NCBI GenBank assembly: GCA_964412615.1
Contig: CAYPPK010000001.1
Location: 54,983-118,982, forward strand
DNA: 64,000 nt
Origin: an uncultured Candidatus Saccharibacteria bacterium
GTDB taxonomy: Bacteria; Patescibacteriota; Minisyncoccia; Sungbacterales; HO2-52-23
Direction of reading: 5' to 3'
Shown: positions 10,467-20,206 of the stretch, one piece after another
Numbering within the stretch: position 1 is the stretch's first letter
How the letters are laid out: each line of letters begins with the position of its first letter
Position numbers and translations under genes: made by a program
Notes under the pieces: generated by a model
Databases searched by the model: none
The model's input: the letters and a program-made list of their open reading frames with translations, nothing else
What the model was told of the DNA's origin: nothing

Positions 10467-11042
10467 ATGAATAAAATCTTCGCGCAAGATAAAATAATAA
10501 TTTTTGATACCGAATATACCACTTGGGAAGGAGCACAAGAAAGAAAATGGTCAGGTCCCGGGGAACACCGCGAGATCGTGGAAATCGGAGCAATCCTGGC
10601 CGATACGGAAAATTATCAAGAGCTGGATTCGTTTACTATTTTCGTAAAACCAAAGAAAAATCCCATACTCTCCGAATATTTTATTAAACTTACGGGAATT
10701 ACCCAGGAAAAAGTGGACCAGGAAGGAATTGATTTTCCTCTGGCTATTAAAAAATTCTCGGAATGGGCCGAGAATTTTCATCTTTATTGTTTCGGCAGTG
10801 ATTTAAAAGTATTGCAGGAAAACTGCGAACTTTCCGGGATTGAGCTGCCGTTCTCCACCGAGTATTTTCATAATCTGCGCGATACTTTTTCTTCTTACGG
10901 CATCGCGAGTGAAAATTATATGTCCAGCACCATTGTAGAGGCCTTTGGCGAAAAGCCGAAGCGCGAAGGCCATGACGCCTTAAACGATGCCCGCACGCTT
11001 TTGGACGGCCTGCGTTTGCTTGCTAAAAAAATTAAGGGTTGA
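10467..11042 (+). CDS. DEDDh-type 3'-5' exonuclease domain protein
   Basis: 191 aa; FDTEYT (Exo I), H..DA.ND (Exo III with His) motifs. Confidence 0.6.
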   Translation: MNKIFAQDKIIIFDTEYTTWEGAQERKWSGPGEHREIVEIGAILADTENYQELDSFTIFVKPKKNPILSEYFIKLTGITQEKVDQEGIDFPLAIKKFSEWAENFHLYCFGSDLKVLQENCELSGIELPFSTEYFHNLRDTFSSYGIASENYMSSTIVEAFGEKPKREGHDALNDARTLLDGLRLLAKKIKG

Positions 11043-11097
11043 CTTTTTAAGATCATTGTGTAACAATTTCTGCGGACTGTTCTGAGGGAGGATAAAA

Positions 11098-12240
11098 GTG
11101 AATACAACGGCTCCTCGTGTGCTTATTATTGTAGGTGATGCGCTAGATGCAGAGAGTCTAATTCCCGTATACTGGCATCTAAGCCAACTTGGAGTATACG
11201 TAGAAATGTGTGCCGACCCCAAGGGAATTGCTAAAAAAATCTTGGAACGGCAAGAAGTTCCTTTTTCGGCCGTAGATGAAATCCCTAATTGGGATCGGGT
11301 GCGCATGGTGGTATGTGCCACTTCCAGCAAGGCAAAGGAACTAGCAGTTAGGGCTCTTTATGGGGCTCGCGCCGTGAATGCTCGGCTTCCTGGGTCTGAA
11401 GCTATTATCAGAGTGGGGGTTGAGTGTCTCTACGGAGATAGCAGCAAATGGGAACGTGAAGATATTGGGTTATTTGGCTGGATGATCGTTATGGATGAAC
11501 TGGCCAAGGCCTCATTTCTTGCCAACCAGCCAAGTTTCCAAGAAGGAAAGATTCTCGCTCTTGGCAATGCCAGCTTTGATAATCTCTCCTTGCTTCACCA
11601 GCAAAAAGAAAATTTGCGGGCAAGTGTTCGTTCTGCTTGGTCAATTCTTCCTGGGAAAAAAGTGGTGGTGTTCTTTGCTTCCGATTCCCGCCAGATTGAT
11701 ATGAGCGAAGGACTGGATCAAGTGCTGGCCGCTGTTGCCGATTCGGATGCATTATTAGTTGCCAAGTTCCATGAGTCAGATCCAGAACGAGAGCGGTGGA
11801 TCAATTACGTGCGGGAAAAGTTTACCGCCAAAGGCCATTTAATTACTGATACTCCGGAGTTCAACAATGAGCAGTTAATTTGCGCAGCAGATCTAGTGGT
11901 GGGACACTATTCAACTCTGCTTATTCGCTCCTCACTCCTTTCCGTGCCAACGCTCTTTCTTCTCCTGCCATCTTCGCGCAGCTATTTGGAGGAACAAAAA
12001 AAGCTGCGGTCTCCATACTTTTCGCAAGTTGATACCTCGGCCCTTGCCGCGAGAACTGTTGAGAATATACGATTGCTCCTTGCGGCATGTCTTGGATGTC
12101 AAGATACAGCGCCCTACGTTAAGGCAATGGAAAACACAAATAGAAATCTATTTGCCGGTTTGGTAGATGGAAAAGCAACCGAACGTATTGCGACACTACT
12201 CCATCGGCTTCTGTTGGAACAGCAGTCAATTTCATTGTAA
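11098..12240 (+). CDS. hypothetical protein, possibly GT-B-fold transferase; GTG start
   Basis: 380 aa ORF starting at GTG preceded by GGGAGGA spacer; codon style differs slightly from neighbours; followed by strong intrinsic terminator. Confidence 0.35.
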   Translation: MNTTAPRVLIIVGDALDAESLIPVYWHLSQLGVYVEMCADPKGIAKKILERQEVPFSAVDEIPNWDRVRMVVCATSSKAKELAVRALYGARAVNARLPGSEAIIRVGVECLYGDSSKWEREDIGLFGWMIVMDELAKASFLANQPSFQEGKILALGNASFDNLSLLHQQKENLRASVRSAWSILPGKKVVVFFASDSRQIDMSEGLDQVLAAVADSDALLVAKFHESDPERERWINYVREKFTAKGHLITDTPEFNNEQLICAADLVVGHYSTLLIRSSLLSVPTLFLLLPSSRSYLEEQKKLRSPYFSQVDTSALAARTVENIRLLLAACLGCQDTAPYVKAMENTNRNLFAGLVDGKATERIATLLHRLLLEQQSISL

Positions 12241-12266
12241 GGTCCGACTTTAAGTCGGCCTTTTTT
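12241..12266 (+). terminator. rho-independent terminator
   Basis: GGTCCGACTT-TA-AAGTCGGCC hairpin followed by TTTTTT. Confidence 0.6.
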
Positions 12267-12300
12267 GTTAGATTTAGCGGGAAACAAATTTTAGTGCTTT

Positions 12301-13056
12301 TTGGTTATATTTTTATATATGACCGCAGACAAAAAACTTGAAGTCTTGGGAATTGTGGGCGCGCGCTCCGGCTCCAAAGGCATGCTGCATAAAAACATTA
12401 CCCCTCTGGCCGGCAAGCCGCTTATGGCCTGGATTATGGAAACGGCCCAAAAATCCCGTTATATAAATCGCTTGATTCTCTCCACGGATTCTCCGGAATA
12501 TGCCGAAGTGGGAAAAAAATACGGAGCCGAGGCGCCTTTTTTGCGTCCTGCCGAACTTGCGGCAGATACCTCCATTGTGGGAGAGTTTATTTTGCATGCG
12601 CTGGAATGGCTTGAAAAAAATGAATCGTACACCCCGGACTTGGTGGTTTATCTTTCTCCCACTGTTCCTCTGGTGCGCTCCGAGGATATTGACACGGCCA
12701 TAGAACTTCTGCTGTCGGACGAGAAGGCCGATTCCGCAATTTTGGCATCTCCCAGCCATGGCAGTCCGCACAAAATGGTGAAGCTGGCATCCGACGGGAA
12801 GGGCGTTGTTTCTTATATCACCAGAAATTCACGGGATGTCGCGGCGTCCAATCGGCAGGCGTATGAAAAAGCTTTTAACCGCGAGAGTTTGCCGATAGTC
12901 AGCCGGGTCTCGTCACTGCGGCGACTGAAGTCTCAATCCGGAGACCGGGTTCTCCATCATCTAATTTCTCAGGAGTCCGCGTTTGATATTGACACTCCGA
13001 CAGATTTTTTTATCGCCGAACAGCTTATGCTGCGCAAACTTAATGACCCTTCCTAG
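12301..13056 (+). CDS. second CMP-nonulosonate-type cytidylyltransferase family protein (paralog of 4702..5421)
   Basis: 251 aa; LGIVGARSGSKGMLHKN motif; clear paralogy with 4702..5421; true start may be ATG 12319. Confidence 0.7.
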   Translation: MVIFLYMTADKKLEVLGIVGARSGSKGMLHKNITPLAGKPLMAWIMETAQKSRYINRLILSTDSPEYAEVGKKYGAEAPFLRPAELAADTSIVGEFILHALEWLEKNESYTPDLVVYLSPTVPLVRSEDIDTAIELLLSDEKADSAILASPSHGSPHKMVKLASDGKGVVSYITRNSRDVAASNRQAYEKAFNRESLPIVSRVSSLRRLKSQSGDRVLHHLISQESAFDIDTPTDFFIAEQLMLRKLNDPS

Positions 13057-13921
13057 TATTTTAAAATCCTGGGTCCGCCCACTGGTTGCTTGGGTAGCCA
13101 AGCCCTATCTGGAAAGCTACGCCGGCCTGGAGGATGTTTTTTACCGGAGAAACCATATCGTTGCCTTTGACCTGGAGGATGTGCGGATGAATGTTCGCTC
13201 CCCCTGGAATCCACCTCCCGAAGTCGGGGAATACATAAAAAACGGCCTGCTTTCCAGACCTCCGCTTTATGACGGTCTTTCTCTTAAGTTATGGTCTTTT
13301 GCTTTTGATCGCGGCACGGGGGTTCTTAATCTGGAAGTAAGCTACGGCTGCTACAGCCAGTATTTTTTTACTAACCTTGACGATGAATTTCGGAGGAAAT
13401 TTTCTAACTCGCGATATTGGTTCAATGCTTTAAATATCGGCGCTTTGTTGATTACCGCCGACAACAAATTACGCCTGCATAAGAGATCGCCTGATGCCCG
13501 GCAGTCACCTGGTAAACTGGATACTCCTTGCGGGCACCCCACCGGGATGAAAGAAGTTCCCGCCAAGGAACTTATTCCGGCTGCTTTGGAGGCAATTTTA
13601 AAAAAGGAGTTGGGTTTTGCGGTAACCATAACTTCAACCCTTCCCTTGGTGGCTTTTATTGCTCATCCCAATTTAGATTTTAATTTGATGTATTTGGTCA
13701 AAGTAGCCGAGACCGGCAAAGAATTGGAGGCGCGAAAAATGGCTTTATCAGGCGAGAAGCACAAAGAGGTTTACTTTATTGACGCGGCTACGGAAAACCT
13801 TACTTCTTTTCTTAAATCCAGGCGGCGGGAATTAAGCCGTTCTTTGCCCGAAGCCATACTTCATCTTATTCGCCGAGAGCGTCTGAAAATTCGCCATTCC
13901 CAAAATTCTAAGATGGCATAA
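13043..13921 (+). CDS. hypothetical protein
   Basis: Internal ATG 13043 avoids long overlap with preceding gene; no family recognised with confidence. Confidence 0.35.
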   Translation: MTLPSILKSWVRPLVAWVAKPYLESYAGLEDVFYRRNHIVAFDLEDVRMNVRSPWNPPPEVGEYIKNGLLSRPPLYDGLSLKLWSFAFDRGTGVLNLEVSYGCYSQYFFTNLDDEFRRKFSNSRYWFNALNIGALLITADNKLRLHKRSPDARQSPGKLDTPCGHPTGMKEVPAKELIPAALEAILKKELGFAVTITSTLPLVAFIAHPNLDFNLMYLVKVAETGKELEARKMALSGEKHKEVYFIDAATENLTSFLKSRRRELSRSLPEAILHLIRRERLKIRHSQNSKMA

Positions 13922-15255
13922 CTCGCCAGAACAAAAATAAAGGCGTTTATCGGATAACGATGCCGGCCCTGGTCCGAAAAGCCGGCCGCCAGCGATCCTC
14001 CGGCATAAATCAAAATTATGGCGGCCAGAACAAGGCTGACGAAACGCTCGCGGCCTACATTCCTTAAAGCAAAAATGGCGCCGGCAATCCAGAGTAAGGT
14101 AAGCGCTATCCAGAAAGCGCGCCCGAGGACAGGGATGACGGCAAGCAGCCCCATCGTACTCCAGACGCGGCTGGCAAGCTCCAACGGGCCTTCCCGCAGA
14201 AGCAGCACCGAAGGAGAAAAATCAATCGGGAAATGAGGGATAACTTTAAAGTAGCGAAGATAGGTCGTATAGAGGTCCTGGGTGAAAAAGGAGTTGGCGG
14301 TAATTGCCAGAGTCGCAGCGGTCGCGCGAGGATGCTCAAGCATAATCCGAAAACCTTCTTTGGCCAGCACTGGCCCCAGCGCCGGATTTTCACTGATATC
14401 TTTGGGATCTACGCCGAGACGCTGGGCGAGTGAAAGTTTTAGCTCTTCTTCCACAAGGTGATAGGGGCGCCCCGTGCGATAGGTTTCAACCGAAACCGCT
14501 AGGTCGGTATAAATATTGCGCGCCCCGGTGGTAGTTCCGGAAAGTGAACCGAACTCGGCGTAATTTCTTGTCAGCCACGGAGACATTACGGCGATAAAAA
14601 TCAGCGGAAAAATCAAAACGGTCTGCCAGGAAAGCTTTTTAAATAATGCAGCCAGGAGAAGAAATAACATGGCAACCGGGAAAAGATAATATGGTTCCGG
14701 ACGAGTAAGAGCCGCCAGAGCCAAGACAAGACCGGCAAGGAGAGCGTATACTCTTGAATTATTTTGGACAAATCGGATGAAAAAAAGCGCGGCTAAAGTA
14801 AGAAAAAATACGGCGATGGCGTCAGTCAGCACCGTAAAACTCCAAAGCATGCCTAAGGGCTCAAAAGCGGTAAGGCCCGCGGCTATAAGCGGAACTTTTT
14901 CTCTCTCAGTCAGTTCTAATCCGATTTTCCATACTAAGATCGGCATGAGCGCGGAAAGGATAATTTGAAAAAATATCAAAGGGACTACCGAGTTGCTTAA
15001 GAAAAGAGACGCTGAAACAAGCAAAGAGTAAAGTGGAGGAAAAAAAGCGCTCGCCCGGAAAGGTTCAGAAATATCACGGGAGAAGCCGCGCCCCTCAAGT
15101 AAATTTTGCGCGGTTTGGTAGAATCCTTGGGAATCGGGAAGAAAAAAACCCTGTTCTCCGAAATTGAAAAAAACAAGTCCAGCTAAGGCCAGTCGTATCA
15201 AAAAAGCGCCTATAATTAGGAATAAGAGAAGACGCTGATTCTTGAGCATAATCAT
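13861..15255 (-). CDS. GT-C-fold membrane glycosyltransferase (ArnT/PMT-like, polyprenol-phosphate-sugar dependent)
   Basis: 464 aa, >10 predicted TM helices, layout typical of GT39/GT83-like GT-C enzymes. Confidence 0.55.
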   Translation of the reverse strand: MIMLKNQRLLLFLIIGAFLIRLALAGLVFFNFGEQGFFLPDSQGFYQTAQNLLEGRGFSRDISEPFRASAFFPPLYSLLVSASLFLSNSVVPLIFFQIILSALMPILVWKIGLELTEREKVPLIAAGLTAFEPLGMLWSFTVLTDAIAVFFLTLAALFFIRFVQNNSRVYALLAGLVLALAALTRPEPYYLFPVAMLFLLLAALFKKLSWQTVLIFPLIFIAVMSPWLTRNYAEFGSLSGTTTGARNIYTDLAVSVETYRTGRPYHLVEEELKLSLAQRLGVDPKDISENPALGPVLAKEGFRIMLEHPRATAATLAITANSFFTQDLYTTYLRYFKVIPHFPIDFSPSVLLLREGPLELASRVWSTMGLLAVIPVLGRAFWIALTLLWIAGAIFALRNVGRERFVSLVLAAIILIYAGGSLAAGFSDQGRHRYPINAFIFVLASYAILEFWEWRIFRRSRRIR

Positions 15256-15314
15256 AAAATACTCCAGAAACCACGCTCTTGTCCAGATAGTTGTATAGTT
15301 GTAAATTTGTCAAA

Positions 15315-15447
15315 ATGAATCCCACACATAACTTGCACAATTTATGTAAACAAAGGTCTATCGGCCATAAATATCACTTGCCTGACAGCTTTGTATACTC
15401 CACAGGAGGATACAGAATTTCTCAGTGCAGGTTATGTGTGGGATGAA
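15315..15447. repeat. palindromic intergenic element family A, copy 1 (133 bp)
   Basis: ATGAA-TCCCACACATAAC ... GTTATGTGTGGGA-TGAA; termini identical to copies at 43543 and 59556; inverted repeat extends to about 19 bp with one mismatch. Confidence 0.8.
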
Positions 15448-16549
15448 GATTCCGCAACTTAATTTAACGCGGTACATGAATTCCGTAAAGAAAGATTGGC
15501 TCTCCCAAATAGAAGAGATTATTTCGTCAGGGAAAATAATCAACGGGCCCCATAAGCAGGGATTTGAAGAAGAATTTGCAAAATTTCTAGGTGTAAAGCA
15601 TGTTCTGGGAGTTGCTTGCGGCACGGATGCTATTGAATTATCACTCCGAGCATTAGGCGTAGGCCCTGGAGACGAAGTCATCACTCATGCCAACGCCTTT
15701 ATTGCCGCCATAGAGCCAGTGGTGGCTTTGGGCGCCAGACCGGTTTTGGTAGACATTTCTGCCGTTGACTACGGGCCTGACCCGGAGGCAATCAAAAAAG
15801 CGATAACTCCCCGCACCAAAGCAATTATTGTTGTACATCTCCTGGGTTTGCCGGTGGACTTTGATGCAATTAACACTGTTGCTCGCCAAGCCAATATTCC
15901 TGTCCTGGAAGATGCCTCGCACGCCCAAGGAGCCGTATATAAAGGAAGAAGAACGGGTGCCTTGGGAGAAATAAATGCCATCAGTTTGGGTCCGGTTAAA
16001 AATCTTTCTACTGTCGGCGATGCCGGTTGTGTCGCAACTGACAGCGATGAACTTTTTGAAAAATTGCGCTATCTTCCGGTTCACGGACAGGTTAAGAAAT
16101 ATAAGCACGCGCTTTACGGCAAAAACAGCCGATTGGACGAAGTGCACGCGTCTTATCTTCGCCTCGGCTTGAAGACCCTGGATGAAAGAAATCAGCGCCG
16201 GAGAGAAATTTATGCCAAGTATAAAAGTGATCTTGTTGATTTGCCATTATCTTTCATACCGGAATTTCCAGACCGAACAGCAGTTTTCCACCAGGCGGTT
16301 ATACATACAGACCAACGCGATCAACTGCGGGAATATCTAAAGGAGCAAGGAGTGGAAACGGGAATGTACTATCCTGATGCCCTGCATGAACAGGAGGCGT
16401 GGAGTAACGCCGGCTTTCCCGGGGGAGGGAATTTCCCCCGAGTTGAAAAGTATGTAAAAACCAACTTATCGTTGCCCATATTTGCCGAGCTTACCGATCA
16501 AGAAGTGGAACACGTGATAAGTTCTGTCCGCTCGTTTTTTGGAAAATAG
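15443..16549 (+). CDS. DegT/DnrJ/EryC1/StrS-family PLP-dependent sugar aminotransferase
   Basis: Start at ATG 15443 (inside right end of repeat); PLP-lysine region and family-typical motifs; ORF track used GTG 15425. Confidence 0.8.
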   Translation: MKIPQLNLTRYMNSVKKDWLSQIEEIISSGKIINGPHKQGFEEEFAKFLGVKHVLGVACGTDAIELSLRALGVGPGDEVITHANAFIAAIEPVVALGARPVLVDISAVDYGPDPEAIKKAITPRTKAIIVVHLLGLPVDFDAINTVARQANIPVLEDASHAQGAVYKGRRTGALGEINAISLGPVKNLSTVGDAGCVATDSDELFEKLRYLPVHGQVKKYKHALYGKNSRLDEVHASYLRLGLKTLDERNQRRREIYAKYKSDLVDLPLSFIPEFPDRTAVFHQAVIHTDQRDQLREYLKEQGVETGMYYPDALHEQEAWSNAGFPGGGNFPRVEKYVKTNLSLPIFAELTDQEVEHVISSVRSFFGK

Positions 16550-16553
16550 TAAA

Positions 16554-17519
16554 ATGTCCATCTTAGGAACAAAAATACAAGAAAGTCCGGAAAAAATTCA
16601 AGGTTTAGCGGTGTCCGGGCCAGAAATATCTGTCGTGGCGGCCATGCATAATGAAGAAGATAATGTCCTGCCTCTCTATCAAGCCCTGGAAGAAACTTTG
16701 GGCAAAATGGGACGGGACTATGAGATCATTTTTGTAAATGACGCTTCCCAAGACCGAACGCTGGAAGAAATAAAAAAAGTAAAAGCGAAGAACCCTCGAT
16801 TCCGTTACTGCGACCTGGAGTACAATGCGGGTGAGAACTGGGCATTTTTAGCTGGCTTTAGCAAAGCGCGGGGAGATATTATCGCTACTATTGACGGCGA
16901 TTTCCAAAACGATCCCAAATTTCTTCCTCGCCTCATACGCAAAATTGACGAAGGTTATAAGGCGGCCAGCGGCTGGCGGAAAAATCGCGTGGGTGGTTTT
17001 TTTGACCGCATCCTTCCCTCGGTAGCTGCCAATTTCCTTATCTCGCTTGTCAGTGGGGTGCGGATACATGATTGCGGCTGCGGCCTCAGGGCCTTTCGCA
17101 GAGAAGTAGTGGCTAATAAATTTGTGCCAAGGGGGTTTATGAACAGATTTGCGCCAATAATCTTTGGCATAAAACAGCATGAATTTTGCGAAGTGGAGGT
17201 GGAGGATCGCATGCGCGTTGCCGGAAAATCGCATTACGGACTGGAGAGGATTTTTATCGTATTCAATGACATTCTTGCTCTGCCTTTTATATTGCGCGGA
17301 CCGGAAAGAGCAATTGGCACAGTTAAAATATGGCAATCGGCTGGCGCCGGACTTTTCGCGGTTTCCGTTTTCGGGGCAATTGTCTATTCTGCCTGGTGGT
17401 GGACTCTTGTCTTTATGGGTTTGCTTTTTTGGGCGGCGTTCACCAGCATAAGATGGAACCTTAATCGTTTTATCGCTGTCAAAGCAAAACCGGAATTTAA
17501 GATTAAAGATTTTAATTAA
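16554..17519 (+). CDS. glycosyltransferase family 2 (polyprenol-phosphate sugar transferase, DPM1/ArnC-like) with C-terminal TM segments
   Basis: ISVVAAMHNEEDN...DYEIIFVNDASQD GT-A DxD-type motifs; C-terminal hydrophobic helices. Confidence 0.7.
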   Translation: MSILGTKIQESPEKIQGLAVSGPEISVVAAMHNEEDNVLPLYQALEETLGKMGRDYEIIFVNDASQDRTLEEIKKVKAKNPRFRYCDLEYNAGENWAFLAGFSKARGDIIATIDGDFQNDPKFLPRLIRKIDEGYKAASGWRKNRVGGFFDRILPSVAANFLISLVSGVRIHDCGCGLRAFRREVVANKFVPRGFMNRFAPIIFGIKQHEFCEVEVEDRMRVAGKSHYGLERIFIVFNDILALPFILRGPERAIGTVKIWQSAGAGLFAVSVFGAIVYSAWWWTLVFMGLLFWAAFTSIRWNLNRFIAVKAKPEFKIKDFN

Positions 17520-17523
17520 AGTT

Positions 17524-18477
17524 ATGGAAAAATTACGGGTAGGCATCGTCGGATTGGGATACTGGGGCCCTAAATTAGTGGAATCGTTCAGGGGCATGGC
17601 TGGAGCGGAGGTAACTCAAGTTTGTGATCTCAATCCGCAGCTGCTTGGCGAAATTGCTCAAAAATATAATCTTGCCGGAACAACTTCTTTTGCTGAATTG
17701 CTTGCAGACCAGACGGAGGCCGTAGCCATTGCCACTCCGCCTTCCACTCATGCGGTCCTGGTCCGCCAGGCGCTGGAGGCGGGGAAACACGTATTTATTG
17801 AAAAGCCGCTTGCGACGGATTTTGACGAGGCACGATCACTTGCCGAACTTGCCAAGAGCAAAAATCTAGTTTTATTCGTAGACCATACCTTCTGTTACGA
17901 CGAAGCATTTGGCAGAGTGCGCGAACTGGTTCAAAACGGAGACCTGGGTAAAATACAAAAAGCGAGTTTTGAATGGTTGGGAGCGCGTCCCAAGCCCCGC
18001 GGTCCGGATGTTTTATGGGATTCCGGGCCGCATGCGGTTGCGGCCATGAATTTTGTCATGAATCAATCGGCCACCTTAATTTCAGCCGAGGTGCTTGCGC
18101 GCCTGGAGACCGGAGTTCCTTCGGCTTTGTCCGCGAAATTTACGTTTCCGGGCGGAAGCAAGGCAGATGTACTGCTTGCCTGGAAAGACCAGGAAATTGA
18201 CGGCAGTCCCGTACCCAAGGCCGCCCGCGTAGTTCTATCTGGAGATAAGGAACTTGTTTTTGAAGGAAGTTTTGGCGCCAGAGCTGTTTCGGTGCGCGAA
18301 AATGGAGTAGCTCATCCGCTGGCCGGATTGACTTTTGCCGATGAGCCGTTGAAGAGTGCTTTGGGGGCGTTTGTGGATGCTGTTAAATACGGCAAAAAAA
18401 TTCCTTCCGATGGCAAATTCGGGGCAGAAGTGGTAAAGATTTTAGAAATGACGGCTAAATCCGCGGGCTTGGTTTAG
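17524..18477 (+). CDS. Gfo/Idh/MocA family NAD(P)-dependent oxidoreductase
   Basis: LRVGIVGLGYWG Rossmann motif and EKP motif typical of the family; could be a WbpB-like UDP-sugar 3-dehydrogenase partner of the adjacent DegT aminotransferase. Confidence 0.75.
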   Translation: MEKLRVGIVGLGYWGPKLVESFRGMAGAEVTQVCDLNPQLLGEIAQKYNLAGTTSFAELLADQTEAVAIATPPSTHAVLVRQALEAGKHVFIEKPLATDFDEARSLAELAKSKNLVLFVDHTFCYDEAFGRVRELVQNGDLGKIQKASFEWLGARPKPRGPDVLWDSGPHAVAAMNFVMNQSATLISAEVLARLETGVPSALSAKFTFPGGSKADVLLAWKDQEIDGSPVPKAARVVLSGDKELVFEGSFGARAVSVRENGVAHPLAGLTFADEPLKSALGAFVDAVKYGKKIPSDGKFGAEVVKILEMTAKSAGLV

Positions 18478-18483
18478 ATTTAC

Positions 18484-20199
18484 ATGAGCAGAGGGTCGTA
18501 TTTAAAAATTATTTTTTCCAGCGCTGTTGCCGCGGTTATTTTTTATTTTCTGTTCAGCCGTTTTGCAGGAGCGGACCTGAAAACAAATCTTATTCAATTT
18601 AATTGGGAGTTAGGCATCTTGGCCTTAGCCATGTATGGACTATCGCTTGCGTTGAAAGCATTGCGTTTTAAATTCTTTCTTGGAAGAGCGATTGCTTTCC
18701 GGACAATTTACGGCATTACGGCCATCCACAGCTTCTGGAATAACCTGCTCCCGTTCCGCGCCGGAGAACTTGCTTATTTTTATTTGTTAAAAAAAGGAGG
18801 CACGGTTTCCGGCAGCGCCAATGTGGTATCGCTCCTGGTGGCGCGCCTTTTTGATGCCGTGGTGGTGTCGCTGCTGGCCGTTATCTCGGCATCTTTTCTT
18901 TTTACTGCCGCCGACCAGCTTTTAGGCGAGTTTTTAAGATATATACTTCTCGGCTCGGCCTTCGCGGTGCTTCTGGTTTTGGCCATAGCGTCTAGGTGGA
19001 GCGAAAAGTTTTCCCTATTTTTAGGTAATTTTACCGGAGGGAGGGAAAAGTCAGTGACGGTTGTGATTTTAAGCCGGATTCGCGAGGCGCTAGCGGCACT
19101 CTCTACTCTTAAAAGTTTTGCTAAGTTCGCTGTATTTTTGCTGCTTTCTCTGGCTATTTGGTTCGGTGACTTTTTGTTTGTCTGGACGGCTTTTAAAGCC
19201 GGCGGTTTAAATCTTACTCCTCTGCAAGGTTTATTTATCACTGCTTTTCCGGTAATTGCCATTATGATCCCCTTGCAAAGCCCTGCCGGCCTAGGGACTT
19301 TTGAGGGAACGCTGCTGGTCGGACTCCTCGCTTTGGGGATCAGCGGGGACGTTGGTCTGGGGGCAAGTGTTTTTTTACACGGGCAACTGCTTTTATTTTC
19401 CTTCTTATCGTTTTTGATCGCTACCTGGTTTCGCCGCCGCGATTCCGGGAATATGGAAACGCCGCGCACCAACTCGGACCTTTATGCTTCATTTTCCGAT
19501 CCAGAAAAAGATTTCCGCAACGCCAATCTTTCCGATCTTATTATCACTTTCGCTAGAGGAAATACGCTTCTGGATATTGGCTGCGGCTACGGACAATTGC
19601 TGAAGAAAGCCGCTAAATTGGGATTTGCGGCTTTGGGTGTTGAGCCCGATCCCGTAGCGCGGGAAATCGCCCGCCAGCATTATCCCGAGGTTGAAATAAT
19701 TCCAATTGAGGCAAAGAATTTCACGGCCGAACATTGCTTTGATACGGTGACCGTGCTGGACGTACTTGAGGATATAAAAGAAGACAAACAATTTTTGCAG
19801 AAGGCAGGTAATTTCGTGTGTCCCGGCGGGCGGCTTATAATTTCCGCTCCTGCTTTTCCAGCGCTCTACGGAGAGCGGGATCGCATGATGGGTTATTTCC
19901 GCCGTTATGACGCTCAGAACTTGGAAGCGATGCTTAAAAATCTAGGTTTTAATATCCGCCTGCGCAGATACTGGAATACGTTAAGTTTTGCGCCATATTT
20001 TATCCTTTATAAAGTGTTGAGGCGTTCTACGCACGCAGCAAAGCTTAGAGGGGGAAATACCAAAGGGTTTTCAGGCGGCCTTATCTCCCGCGTACTCTTT
20101 TGGTGGTTTAAAAACGTGGAGAATAAGTTCAATTTCGGTTTTGGCTTAACGATTATTTTGGTTGCCGAGAAAACGGGGGTTGCCAAGATGAAAAATTAA
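18484..20199 (+). CDS. fusion protein: N-terminal flippase-like/lysylphosphatidylglycerol-synthase-type TM domain + C-terminal class I SAM methyltransferase
   Basis: About 300 aa with 8 TM helices followed by LLDIGCGYGQL (motif I) ... VLDVLEDI methyltransferase domain. Confidence 0.5.
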   Translation: MSRGSYLKIIFSSAVAAVIFYFLFSRFAGADLKTNLIQFNWELGILALAMYGLSLALKALRFKFFLGRAIAFRTIYGITAIHSFWNNLLPFRAGELAYFYLLKKGGTVSGSANVVSLLVARLFDAVVVSLLAVISASFLFTAADQLLGEFLRYILLGSAFAVLLVLAIASRWSEKFSLFLGNFTGGREKSVTVVILSRIREALAALSTLKSFAKFAVFLLLSLAIWFGDFLFVWTAFKAGGLNLTPLQGLFITAFPVIAIMIPLQSPAGLGTFEGTLLVGLLALGISGDVGLGASVFLHGQLLLFSFLSFLIATWFRRRDSGNMETPRTNSDLYASFSDPEKDFRNANLSDLIITFARGNTLLDIGCGYGQLLKKAAKLGFAALGVEPDPVAREIARQHYPEVEIIPIEAKNFTAEHCFDTVTVLDVLEDIKEDKQFLQKAGNFVCPGGRLIISAPAFPALYGERDRMMGYFRRYDAQNLEAMLKNLGFNIRLRRYWNTLSFAPYFILYKVLRRSTHAAKLRGGNTKGFSGGLISRVLFWWFKNVENKFNFGFGLTIILVAEKTGVAKMKN

Positions 20200-20206
20200 C
20201 TGTATA

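Noticed and set aside
13043-13921. Nudix hydrolase assignment for the 292-aa protein
   Set aside because: A segment (GHPTGMKEVPAKELIPAALEAILKKELGF) superficially resembles a Nudix box. It does not satisfy G.5E.7REU.EE.GU spacing, and the key RE and EE residues are absent.
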